Part shown: piece after piece, positions 37,970 to 46,752 of the stretch
Layout: every line of letters begins with the position of its first letter
Position numbering within the stretch: the stretch's first letter is position 1
Assembly (NCBI GenBank): GCA_964521195.1
Contig: CAZFRE010000001.1
Coordinates: forward strand, 575 to 64,574
DNA length: 64,000 bases
Reading direction: 5' to 3'
Source of the DNA: an uncultured Eubacteriales bacterium
Lineage (GTDB): Bacteria > Actinomycetota > Coriobacteriia > Anaerosomatales > JAAXUF01
Made by a program: the position numbers and the translations under genes
The notes under the pieces: model-generated
The model's database searches: none
What the model was told of the DNA's origin: nothing
What the model saw: the letters and a program-made list of their open reading frames with translations, nothing else

Positions 37970-38506
37970 GTGTCCCAGAAGGACCAGATCGCCCAGACGT
38001 TCGAGCGCCACGTGGCGCGGGTCGGCTACGCGAAGGCGACGCTCGACGACGTCGCGAAGGAACTCCACATCTCCAAGAAGACGATCTACGTCCACTTCGA
38101 CGGCAAGCGCGACATCTACGCCGCGATCGTCGAGCGGCAGGCCGCGACCGAGCAGCGCAAGCTGCGCGCGATGGTCGCCGAACTGCCGGACCACCGGGCG
38201 AGAGTGGAGGCGCTGTTGAAGTTCGTGATCGGGAGCGCTCGCGCTCACATCGCCGAGACGAGCGAGTCCGAGTGGCTCGCCGAGTACGAGATCGCGGCCG
38301 ACGCGTTCGCCAAGGCCAACGGCGACCTGCTGCGCGAGATCGTCTCGGAGGGGATCGAGGCAGGCGAGTTCGTGCCGGGCGACGCCGAGCTGGTCGAGAA
38401 GATGTGCCGAGCGATGGTCCTCGAGTACACGCTGATGGTGAACGCGCAGCCCGAATACGACCGCGATGCCGAGCTCGTCGAGCGGGTGCTGCGCTTCATC
38501 GGATAG
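37970..38506 (+). CDS. TetR/AcrR family regulator
   Basis: GYAKATLDDVAKELHISKKTIYVHF HTH. Confidence 0.92.
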   Translation: MSQKDQIAQTFERHVARVGYAKATLDDVAKELHISKKTIYVHFDGKRDIYAAIVERQAATEQRKLRAMVAELPDHRARVEALLKFVIGSARAHIAETSESEWLAEYEIAADAFAKANGDLLREIVSEGIEAGEFVPGDAELVEKMCRAMVLEYTLMVNAQPEYDRDAELVERVLRFIG

Positions 38507-38553
38507 GCAACCAGGGTCGCGGCCACGCGGCAGCGACCCTTCTCTGTGCAGTA

Positions 38554-38582
38554 TGGAAACTGGAAACCGAATGAGTTTCCAC
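38554..38582. promoter_or_regulatory. Third copy of the same operator
   Basis: TGGAAAC-N14-GTTTCCAC, upstream of 38601. Confidence 0.75.
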
Positions 38583-38600
38583 GAACGAAGGAGAGACGAC

Positions 38601-38948
38601 ATGGAGACCACAACTGCAATGAGCACGGAAACGACCGCCTCGGTAGTGCGAGGATTCGCCGAGCAGACCCCGGGCGAGCAGGCCTTCAGCCTGTTCATCT
38701 TCGGGCTCGGCGCGGTGGTGAGCGGCGCATTCGTGTACTACCTCATCACGGACCCGGGCCGGCTCGGTGAGGTGTGGGCATGGACTCGCTCTCTCAACAT
38801 CCTGGTGCAGGGCGTCATCTGGCTGCTCTTCCTGCCGTGGATGATCTGCCTTTGGATCTGGACGCTGCCGTGGGCGATGCCGATCCGGCTCGTGCTCGTG
38901 ATCGCGGCGCTGGCGTGGACCAACTGGCTGCTGTGGCCGTGGAAGTAG
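38601..38948 (+). CDS. Small Trp-rich membrane protein
   Basis: AAGGAG RBS; three hydrophobic segments ending WLLWPWK. Confidence 0.7.
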   Translation: METTTAMSTETTASVVRGFAEQTPGEQAFSLFIFGLGAVVSGAFVYYLITDPGRLGEVWAWTRSLNILVQGVIWLLFLPWMICLWIWTLPWAMPIRLVLVIAALAWTNWLLWPWK

Positions 38949-39016
38949 CGTGTAGGCACTGATGACACCGATGCGGAGTGCCTGACGGGACTTCGAGACG
39001 AGAAGGGTTCGAGACG

Positions 39017-39298
39017 ATGAAGATGGCATTCTGGATCGTGTTCGTGGCAGGGTTCGTGGCGTGCTCGGCGTTCGGGATCGGGCCGGTGCTCAAGCGCATG
39101 GGCGGCGACTGGATGAGCGCGCCGATGCTCGCAGGGATCGTGCTGGGCTTGGTGATCCTCGTGCTCGCGGTCATGTTCGCGATGGGCGTGCGGCCGGGGG
39201 TGCTCGCGAGCGACTCGGCGATGGTGTGGGCACTGGTGACGGTCGTCGGCGTGAAGGTGGTTGTTGGTGCGATGGCGCTCTCGGGTGCCGCTCGGTGA
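39017..39298 (+). CDS. Small three-TM membrane protein
   Basis: Hydrophobic 93-aa ORF co-oriented with its neighbours. Confidence 0.6.
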   Translation: MKMAFWIVFVAGFVACSAFGIGPVLKRMGGDWMSAPMLAGIVLGLVILVLAVMFAMGVRPGVLASDSAMVWALVTVVGVKVVVGAMALSGAAR

Positions 39299-39412
39299 CG
39301 GTGCCAGTCCGGCTCGACGTCGCGGGTCGCACGCGTGCCTGCCAGGCTTCGCCCGACACCCCGCAGGGTATATACGACACAGATGGATTCTCAGGCCGAG
39401 AGGAGGCGCGTC

Positions 39413-39997
39413 ATGTTGCGGAACACGTTGACCGGCGCGGCGGTCTTCGGCGTGCTGGGTGCTTCGGCGGCCTACATCTGGACCGCTTTCGAGTTCCCGT
39501 TCGCGATCGTGGTGCCGGCGTTCGTGGGCTGGTATGCCGTGATTCGCGGTGACTTCGGCTCACGCAAGGCGCTTGTCGGCGGGCTCGTGGGAGGCGTCTC
39601 GTTCACGGTCGTCTTCATGCTCGCGCTGTTCTTCGCGTTGACCGACGGCTCGCCGGTGGTGCTGACCGCGTGGATGTCGGCGGTGCTCGCTGCGGCGGTG
39701 GCCGGTGCGCTCACCGGCTGGGTGCTGGGCGGTGTGAGGCCGGCGCTGACGGTGGGTGGGTTCTCGGCGGTGGGGATGCTCGTGGCCGTGGCGGCTGCAG
39801 GGCTGCTGCGGACGGTCGCGCCGAGCGCCGTCGACGTCGAGGGCGCCGTGCAGTACGGCTACTTCGCTCTCTCGATGGGCGTCGTGTCGACGATCCTTGG
39901 TGCCGCGTCCGGCGCTGCCGTCTCGTGGGTGAAGGGTCACGAGCTTGGCGGGGACTCGGGCACGCCGATCGAGATGGGGCATCCGAGGCCGTCGTAG
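39413..39997 (+). CDS. Multi-pass Gly/Ala-rich membrane protein
   Basis: GAGGAGG RBS before ATG 39413; about six TM segments. Confidence 0.68.
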   Translation: MLRNTLTGAAVFGVLGASAAYIWTAFEFPFAIVVPAFVGWYAVIRGDFGSRKALVGGLVGGVSFTVVFMLALFFALTDGSPVVLTAWMSAVLAAAVAGALTGWVLGGVRPALTVGGFSAVGMLVAVAAAGLLRTVAPSAVDVEGAVQYGYFALSMGVVSTILGAASGAAVSWVKGHELGGDSGTPIEMGHPRPS

Positions 39998-40118
39998 GGA
40001 CGCTCGACAAGCTCTAGGCGCGCTCGGGTGTACTCGGTCGAGATCAAGCGCTCGGCTGCGCGGGAATCGAGGAGCTGCCGCTGGCCGACCGCCGGCCGCA
40101 ATTGGCTTCACCCCTTGG

Positions 40119-40158
40119 TTGAAGGCGTTCATACTCACGTGCATAATGAGAGTATGAA
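40119..40158 (+). promoter_or_regulatory. TA promoter with inverted-repeat operator
   Basis: TTGAAG-N17-CATAAT; TTCATACTC-N13-GAGTATGAA flanks the -10. Confidence 0.7.
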
Positions 40159-40185
40159 CAATCCAGATCAGAATCGGGGATCGGC

Positions 40186-40509
40186 ATGACCGCCAGAGTC
40201 ACCATCTCGCTGCCGGATGAGCTGCTCGCGCGCCTTGACGCGATTGCGGATAGCGAGTCGCTTACGCGTAGCGATGTGGTGCGCGAGGCGGCGGGCGCCT
40301 ACGTCACCGCACATGCCGGTGGGCTGGAAGCCGCACGACGACTGCGGGCAGTCGAGGACGGCATCGAGTGGCTCAGGGAGGTCGCGGCGCGGCCGAGCCT
40401 GGACCCGCGGCCGAGTCTCGAGATACTGCGGGAAGTCCGGGGCGAGGCGGGAGCGGTCGATCCAGGCGCGGACACGGGTGGTTCGGACGCTGGCGGCGAG
40501 GGCCAGTGA
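40186..40509 (+). CDS. vapB: Ribbon-helix-helix (CopG) antitoxin
   Basis: RVTISLPDELLARLD...TRSDVVREA; stop overlaps the PIN gene start. Confidence 0.8.
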   Translation: MTARVTISLPDELLARLDAIADSESLTRSDVVREAAGAYVTAHAGGLEAARRLRAVEDGIEWLREVAARPSLDPRPSLEILREVRGEAGAVDPGADTGGSDAGGEGQ

Positions 40510-40922
40510 GCGCTGTTCGGCGCATCGTCTTAGACGCCTCGGTCGGCGCGAAGTGGTTCCGGGACGAGGCAGGGACTGACGACGCGCTGGAGTTGCTCGG
40601 CGGACACGGCCGAGGCGAGATCGAGCTCGTTGTTCCCTCGCTGTTCGTGTACGAAGTGGTCTCGGTGGCGACGCGGTCGATGTCCGCAGCGCAGGCCGAC
40701 GCCTTCTGGGAGCGATTCATGAGCTGGCGCGTGTGCGTCGTCGAGGTGGGGGCGTCGCTGGTGCGCGAGGCCCTCGCCGTGCGGGACGAACTCGGCTGCA
40801 GCTTCTACGACGCCGTCGCGCCGGCGCTCGCGCGGGAGCTCGACGCTACTCTCTGCTCGGCGGACGTTCGGGCTCACTCCGGATGGCCGGAGGTCATGCT
40901 GCTGGGCGGGGCGCGCGGCTAG
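40506..40922 (+). CDS. vapC: PIN-domain toxin
   Basis: IVLDASV..KWF..E, FYDA..PALA and LCSAD. Confidence 0.88.
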   Translation: MSAVRRIVLDASVGAKWFRDEAGTDDALELLGGHGRGEIELVVPSLFVYEVVSVATRSMSAAQADAFWERFMSWRVCVVEVGASLVREALAVRDELGCSFYDAVAPALARELDATLCSADVRAHSGWPEVMLLGGARG

Positions 40923-40979
40923 CGTCGCACCGCCGGCCGCATCCCCTCCGCGACTGTCACGGCGGTGTCGACGTTCGAC

Positions 40980-41108
40980 ATGAGCGTGACCGGCGGCTCG
41001 GTGGCGCTGGCGTTTGGCGTATCGACGGCCATCGGGCTGGTCTTCGGGTACTACCCCGCGAGGCGGGCCGCGAAGATGGATCCGATCGATGCGCTTCGGT
41101 ATCAGTAG
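40980..41108 (+). pseudogene. C-terminal remnant of a MacB/FtsX-type ABC permease
   Basis: [36 protein letters not shown]-stop is the diagnostic MacB end; the upstream gene body is missing. Confidence 0.8.
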
Positions 41109-41333
41109 TGCGGCTGGCTGGCGGCCTCGTCCATTGTTGCTGCGACTGCGAGGATCCGATCTCTGTAGTACGCGCGCGATCCGACGTTCGTGCGCGGCAC
41201 ATCGTCGCGGCCGTGCGTGGTTCGAAACGTCGCAGGCGCGTACGCCTGCTGCCGCTCGCGCCACATGTAGACGGCGCCGCCGTCGACCTTGAGCTTGCCC
41301 GACGACAGCAGGGGCGCGAAGCCGGCGCACGCA

Positions 41334-41368
41334 GAAGGGGCCTGCCGAGCGACGCGACAGGCCCCTTC
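41334..41368 (-). terminator. Hairpin terminator for the minus-strand operon
   Basis: GAAGGGGCCTG-N13-CAGGCCCCTTC, 30 nt past the stop at 41398. Confidence 0.6.
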
Positions 41369-41397
41369 CTATGTGAGCGCTCAGGGGAGAGGGCGAC

Positions 41398-42129
41398 TCA
41401 CACTCCCGGCGCCGGGTTGAACACCTTCGGGGTGGGGGCTGCGGTGTGCGGACTCTTCTCGGCGGGAGCCTCACCTTGGGCGAGCGCTTCGGGGTCGAAG
41501 CCCTTCACGATGAGCCAGCCAGCGAGCACCATCTCCTGGACCAGCAGCGAGACCATGACGACGTTGATGTTGCCCAGACCGATGAGCTGAGAGAGGTTGG
41601 CCACCATCATGAGCGCCACCGAGATGTAGCCCCAGATGAGTATCCAGCTGGGGACGAGCTTCGCGCGGTGGAGCAGGGCGTAGAACATGAACGCGCCGAT
41701 GCCGAAGGGCATCGAGGCGAGCTGGTTCCAGATGACATCGTTCGCGGTCATGAGCGTATGGGCGTTCGGGGCCATGGCCCCCGAGGCCGGCTGGCTGCTC
41801 AGGGTGATGAGTGTGAGCCAGAGTAGTCCGCTGATGACGTAGATCATGCCCTCGAGCGCTCCGCGGAAGATCACGTAGCCGGTCGCGAGCCATTCGCTGA
41901 ACCGTCGTCCGATGGGATAGAAGACGGCCGCGAGCACGGAGAGCGCGAACCCCATGGTGAGCACGAGCAGCGTTCCGGCGACGGTGGCGCCGCGGTGGGC
42001 GGCGATGGTCGCGAGGATGTCCGTGCCCGGGCCGAAGCTGGGCATGACGAGACTCGCGATGACGCCCGTGACGGTTCCTATGATGTAGAGCACGCCGATG
42101 ATGATGGCGGCCTTTCTCTCTTTGGTCAT
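41398..42129 (-). CDS. DUF4386-like membrane protein
   Basis: KAAIIIGVLYII, GYVIFRGALE, L.HRAKLVP.WI..WG and VQEMVLAGWLIVKGF. Confidence 0.8.
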   Translation of the reverse strand: MTKERKAAIIIGVLYIIGTVTGVIASLVMPSFGPGTDILATIAAHRGATVAGTLLVLTMGFALSVLAAVFYPIGRRFSEWLATGYVIFRGALEGMIYVISGLLWLTLITLSSQPASGAMAPNAHTLMTANDVIWNQLASMPFGIGAFMFYALLHRAKLVPSWILIWGYISVALMMVANLSQLIGLGNINVVMVSLLVQEMVLAGWLIVKGFDPEALAQGEAPAEKSPHTAAPTPKVFNPAPGV

Positions 42130-42821
42130 GACAGGACTCCTTCGAGGCGAGCCGGTGCGGACGCGGTCCGACCGGCGCGAACGATCAGCCATACGCCGAT
42201 GAAGAGTTCGAACGGCGCGTACGGCAGTCCGGCAAGGATGCCGAGGCTCAAGCCTCGGTCCCACAGCGTGAGCAGCGTGGACACGAGCAGTGGCAGCGAC
42301 GCGATCAGGCCCCATCCCGCCAGCCAGTGCGGGACCAGATCCGAGCGATACAGAAGCGAGTACCAGAGCAGCGCTCCCAGGCCGAAGAACAACATATGCG
42401 CCGTGAAGGCGTACTGGTACAGGCTGAAGGCGACCGTGGCGGCGGCCGCGAGCGGAGCGGGGGGAACACCGGCGGCGACCTGCGCGCCGAGAGCGGCGAG
42501 GGCGTAGAGGCCGAGCCCGGCCACAGCGAGCAACCCGGCCTCGGTGAGCCACAGCCCCTGCGCGACGAGCGCGCGCGGGCGACCGATCTCGCTCAGTGAG
42601 GCGAAGAGCAGGGTGGTGAGTGCAGTGATGCCCGCAGCGGTGAGCAGCTCCAGCAGAGCGCCGGCGCGTACGGCGGTGAGGTTGTTGGCGGCCGCGACCA
42701 GCACTTCGTCGACGCCTCCAGCAAGCACCTCCGTGGACACGATCGCGAAGGCCATGCTCGTGACGAACTGCGCGACGAACGCCGCGCCTAACCATCTGGT
42801 AGTACGAGAATCCGTGTTCAT
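42126..42821 (-). CDS. DUF4386-like membrane protein (paralog)
   Basis: LLYRSDLVPHWLAGWG and PFELFIGVWLIV. Confidence 0.78.
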   Translation of the reverse strand: MNTDSRTTRWLGAAFVAQFVTSMAFAIVSTEVLAGGVDEVLVAAANNLTAVRAGALLELLTAAGITALTTLLFASLSEIGRPRALVAQGLWLTEAGLLAVAGLGLYALAALGAQVAAGVPPAPLAAAATVAFSLYQYAFTAHMLFFGLGALLWYSLLYRSDLVPHWLAGWGLIASLPLLVSTLLTLWDRGLSLGILAGLPYAPFELFIGVWLIVRAGRTASAPARLEGVLS

Positions 42822-42849
42822 CGTTCCACTTCCTTAACGCTGCGCCGGG

Positions 42850-43119
42850 CTACCCGACGTCACGCATCATCTGTTCGATCGACTCCACCGACGAGCGGAC
42901 CGCTGCCAGGTCGGCCTGCATCGCGGCCTGGGCCTCGCGCGTCTCCCGAGCGAGCTTCGAGTACTCGGCGCTGAGCGCCTCAAACTTCTCGTTGCCGGAC
43001 GCCTTGATCTCAGCGAGCTTGATCTGCTGGCGCCGATACGACGGCAAGCCGAGCGAGGCCACGCCGAAGAAGACCAGAATCACAATCACGAACCCCAAAG
43101 AGCTGTCGAGCCATGTCAT
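42850..43119 (-). CDS. Small protein with one TM and a coiled coil
   Basis: 89 aa; ATG overlaps the ArsR stop (ATGA). Confidence 0.72.
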   Translation of the reverse strand: MTWLDSSLGFVIVILVFFGVASLGLPSYRRQQIKLAEIKASGNEKFEALSAEYSKLARETREAQAAMQADLAAVRSSVESIEQMMRDVG

Positions 43120-43451
43120 CGCTTTCCCCTTCCTTCTGCTCCACCCTCGGTGATGGTCTTCGCCGCTTGGCTGATCCGCTCGGGGGTCAGATGCTCGTCG
43201 AAGTCCGCGACCGTGTAGTAGCGAAGCGCCTTTCCGTCTTCCGAGACCTCGTGGCGTCCGACCACGAGCCCGGCCTTCTCCAGTGTTTGCAGGTGCATGT
43301 GGAGGAGGGGACGGCCGATCCCCAGCTCCCGGGCCAACTCGCTGACGTAGCTCTCGCGCTCGCGCAGAGCCGCGAGGATCCGCAGCCGGTGAGGGTTCGC
43401 AAGGGCGGAGAGCATCTGCAGAAGCTGGTCGCCTGTTTGGTGGTCCGACAT
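43116..43451 (-). CDS. ArsR/SmtB-family HTH regulator
   Basis: ALANPHRLRIL, YVSELARELGIGRPLLHMHLQTLEKAGLV. Confidence 0.9.
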   Translation of the reverse strand: MSDHQTGDQLLQMLSALANPHRLRILAALRERESYVSELARELGIGRPLLHMHLQTLEKAGLVVGRHEVSEDGKALRYYTVADFDEHLTPERISQAAKTITEGGAEGRGKR

Positions 43452-43462
43452 GTTCCTCCTTC

Positions 43463-43504
43463 ACGTGTCAACCAATACTGACAGGTAATAGTGATAGCTG
43501 TCAA
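43463..43504 (-). promoter_or_regulatory. Promoter/operator of the ArsR operon
   Basis: Near-palindrome ACGTGTCA-N8-TGACAGGT; TTGACA on the minus strand at 43504-43499; AGGAGG RBS. Confidence 0.55.
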
Positions 43505-43582
43505 GGGGTGATTCTGGGACGGGCTGTACGCTTACACCTGAGAGCACGCTACCGAGCCACACAGCCGAGGAAAGGGCTCCGC

Positions 43583-44428
43583 ATGGCCACGTACCGGTTC
43601 GTCATCGTCGACGTTTTCACCGAGACAGCCCTCGCCGGCAACCAGCTTGCCGTCTTCACGAATGCGACCGGGCTGACACCCGAACAGATGCAGGCGCTCG
43701 CGCTCGAGATCGGCTTCTCCGAGACGACCTTCGTGCTGCGAGCCGAAGCCGGCGGAGACGCGCGCGTCCGCATCTTCACGCCGCACGAGGAGCTGCCGTT
43801 CGCCGGGCACCCGGTGCTGGGGACCGCGTTCGCTGTGGCCGGGTCGCTGCAAAGCGTCGTGATGCGGCTTGAGACCGCGCGGGGCATCGTGCCGGTCGCG
43901 CTCGAGCGCGACGGCGCCAAGCTCGCGTTCGGCCGCATGCAGCAGCCGATCCCGACGGTGGCGGCGTGGCCCGATCCGGCACCGCTGATCGCCGCGCTCG
44001 GTGTCGAGGGTTCGCGGCTACCGATCGAGCTCTACGACAACGGCGTGCCGCACGTGTACGTGGCGCTCGACAGCTTCGACGAGGTCGCCGCGCTCTCGCC
44101 GGAACCGCGGGCGCTGGCTGCTGCGGCGCCAGGCATGGGCGTGAACGCCTTCGCGGTCGAAGGCGGCCGAGTGAAGACGCGCATGTTCTTCGACGACCCG
44201 CGCGTGAGCGAGGACGCCGCGACCGGCTCGGCGGCCGGTCCGCTCGCCGTGCACCTCGCGCGGCACGGCGTCATCGCCTGGGGCACCGAGTTCGAGATCT
44301 CGCAAGGCGCCGAGATCGGCCGTCCCAGCACGCTGTGGTCGAAGGCGACCGGCACCGCCGAGGCGATCGAGAGCGTGGAGGTCGGCGGCAGCGCGGTAGT
44401 CGTGGGGCACGGGGAGTTCAGGGTGTAG
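43583..44428 (+). CDS. PhzF-family (diaminopimelate epimerase-like) protein
   Basis: VDVFT...GNQLAV, FSETTFV, RIFTP.EELPFAGHP and EDAATGSA. Confidence 0.92.
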   Translation: MATYRFVIVDVFTETALAGNQLAVFTNATGLTPEQMQALALEIGFSETTFVLRAEAGGDARVRIFTPHEELPFAGHPVLGTAFAVAGSLQSVVMRLETARGIVPVALERDGAKLAFGRMQQPIPTVAAWPDPAPLIAALGVEGSRLPIELYDNGVPHVYVALDSFDEVAALSPEPRALAAAAPGMGVNAFAVEGGRVKTRMFFDDPRVSEDAATGSAAGPLAVHLARHGVIAWGTEFEISQGAEIGRPSTLWSKATGTAEAIESVEVGGSAVVVGHGEFRV

Positions 44429-44517
44429 CAGCAAGACGGCCACAGAAGTCGTCATCGAGGTGAACCCTGTTACGATTGTCGTCAGGTGCCCCGACTGACA
44501 GCCGAGGAGAGGTGACG

Positions 44518-46752
44518 ATGGCAGGCCCTTCACGAACGCGCGCGGCCACGGCTCGAGCGGCGATCCTGCCGCCCTTGCTGGCGCTCATCCTAGTCGTTGG
44601 GCTGGCGGTGGTGCCGCATTCGGCGTCGGCCGTCGGCGTGAGCCACGAGGTGGGGGTCTACCCGATAGTCAATTCCGGAGCCCAGGAAGTCGCGCCCGAC
44701 GTCGAGGGCGACATCGTGGTATGGCAGCACGTGCCAGAAGACTCGCCGTTCCAGCCCTACGATGCCTGGGGCCAGATCGGCTCCAACACGGCTACGTACT
44801 CAACCTACGTTCCCGCCGCAGGCAATCGCCCTCGGCTCCGGAATGGTCGAGTGTATTCCCTCGCCTCGGATGGCCTGCACGTCACCGACATCGAGTCCGC
44901 GACATCGATGACGGTGCCGGCGACCTCGTACATGACCGGCTATCTGGTGATGTCGGATGATGGGCTGGCAACATGGGCGTCCGCGCTCAAGAGCGCCGCG
45001 ATCTACGACACCAACGATGAAACGCTGACGATCGTGCCCTACTCCGGCATCCCGCGGCTTCCCAACGAGAGCTACACGTGGGCCTTCATCCAGCCGATGG
45101 CCGCGGGGTCGCGCCTGCTTCTCGGCGGTGACTTCAATTCAGGGCGTGTCAGAGGACCACTCTCGACGTGGGACAGCGTTGCCGAGACGCGGACGGTCTG
45201 GGGGACGGGCGAATACCTGCCCGCCGCGCGAAGGAACCTCCTGTCCTCAAAGTACGTCGTGTGGGTCGACTCGAGCGATCAACGCATCCATGTTCACGAG
45301 TTCGCATCCGGCGAGACCACCATCATCGCGAACTCTGATCCGGCGTCGCTCGGGGAGCTCGATATGTCGGGCACCCGGATCGTCTGGGAAGACGTGCGCA
45401 ACGGGAACTCCGACATCTACTGGTACGACGTTGCGACAGGGGAGGAGCGGCGACTGACATCCGACATGTCGAAGCAGACCGCACCGGCCATCGACGGCAA
45501 TCGTGTTGTGTGGGCCGACGCGCGCTCGGGCAATGGCGACATCTATGCGACCAATGTGGTGCCTGGCTCGCCCAACGACGTGGTCCCGCCAGTCACCTCC
45601 GTGGTCACCAAGAGGAACGCCGATGGCTCCGTCTCGGTGTCGCTGACGGCAACCGATCCTGCAGGCGTCGACGGCCCGTTCTACTCGCTCGACGGTGGCG
45701 ACTGGGTGGAGGGCACCTCTCTCGAGCTCGACGAGCCGGGGCCGCACCACATCAACTGCTACTCAGTCGATGGGTACGGCAACATCGAGGCGGAGCACGT
45801 GGAGAAAGTGCTCGTGTCCGTCCCGACGACTGTGACGATCGGCGTATCGCAGCACGTGGTCCGTTGGGGCGAATCGGTCGAGATCACCGCTGCAGCGCGC
45901 ACTACCGGCCTGGTCGAAGGCCCGCTCGGTTCTGCTGCTCTGCGGATCGAGGCACGGCAGCCCTCGTCAGGCGACTCCTGGTGGGAGATCGGCACCGTGA
46001 CCACGAACGCATCCGGCGTCGCAACGTATGCGGTCTGCCCGTTCTACACCACGGAGTACCGTGTCGTGTATGACGGGTTCGACGGCAAGGCATCTCCCTC
46101 ATACACCACCGGCAGCATCAGCACCAGCACCGCAGTGCACACGCAGCGAAGCACTGCAATCACGGTCGCGGGTTCCAGAGTCGAACCAGGCTCAACTGCA
46201 ACCACCATCACGGGTGTTCTGAGCTACAAACTGTACGAGTGGTATGGCTGCTCGCTGGTGCCTGTCTCGCTCGAGCGTCGCGTGGACGACACATGGGAGA
46301 GCATCGATACGACGTTGACCGAGCAGGGTGGCCTCTACCGCTTCCGAGTCATGCCGACATCGACGATGACGTACAGGGTCGTCTTTGCGGGTCTAGAGGA
46401 CGAGTTTGACCGGGCCGAGAGTCCGACCGTCGGTGTGGTTTTGCTCGGCACGCCGATGGCGCCGGCGTCAATGCGGCGCGGGAAGTCGTATACGGTCTAC
46501 GGCTCACTCAAGCCGAAGAGCAAGGCCGGTACGAAGCCCGTACGCATCTACCGTTGGCGCAAGGTGAACGGCCGCTGGCGCTCGTATGGCAGTGTCCTGG
46601 CCAAGGCGTATGACTACAAGGGCTACAGCCGCTACAAGACGGCACTGTCGCTCAAGTACAGGGGGAGGTGGCGCCTGAGGGCGTACTCCTCGTCTGATTC
46701 ATTGCACTTCAGGACGTGGTCGACGGGGTACGACTACGTCACTGTGAGATAG
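44518..46752 (+). CDS. Secreted multidomain surface protein (beta-propeller repeats, OmpL47-like sandwich, Ig-like repeats, basic C-terminal domain)
   Basis: Signal peptide; IVWEDVRNGNSDIY and VVWADARSGNGDIY repeats; PPVT..YSLDGG..YSVD.YGNIE. Confidence 0.8.
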   Translation: MAGPSRTRAATARAAILPPLLALILVVGLAVVPHSASAVGVSHEVGVYPIVNSGAQEVAPDVEGDIVVWQHVPEDSPFQPYDAWGQIGSNTATYSTYVPAAGNRPRLRNGRVYSLASDGLHVTDIESATSMTVPATSYMTGYLVMSDDGLATWASALKSAAIYDTNDETLTIVPYSGIPRLPNESYTWAFIQPMAAGSRLLLGGDFNSGRVRGPLSTWDSVAETRTVWGTGEYLPAARRNLLSSKYVVWVDSSDQRIHVHEFASGETTIIANSDPASLGELDMSGTRIVWEDVRNGNSDIYWYDVATGEERRLTSDMSKQTAPAIDGNRVVWADARSGNGDIYATNVVPGSPNDVVPPVTSVVTKRNADGSVSVSLTATDPAGVDGPFYSLDGGDWVEGTSLELDEPGPHHINCYSVDGYGNIEAEHVEKVLVSVPTTVTIGVSQHVVRWGESVEITAAARTTGLVEGPLGSAALRIEARQPSSGDSWWEIGTVTTNASGVATYAVCPFYTTEYRVVYDGFDGKASPSYTTGSISTSTAVHTQRSTAITVAGSRVEPGSTATTITGVLSYKLYEWYGCSLVPVSLERRVDDTWESIDTTLTEQGGLYRFRVMPTSTMTYRVVFAGLEDEFDRAESPTVGVVLLGTPMAPASMRRGKSYTVYGSLKPKSKAGTKPVRIYRWRKVNGRWRSYGSVLAKAYDYKGYSRYKTALSLKYRGRWRLRAYSSSDSLHFRTWSTGYDYVTVR

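Noticed and set aside
41109-41330. Short minus-strand open frame (FAPLLSSGKLKVDGGAVYMWR...)
   Set aside because: No convincing start, RBS or recognisable family; possibly a remnant but unsupported.
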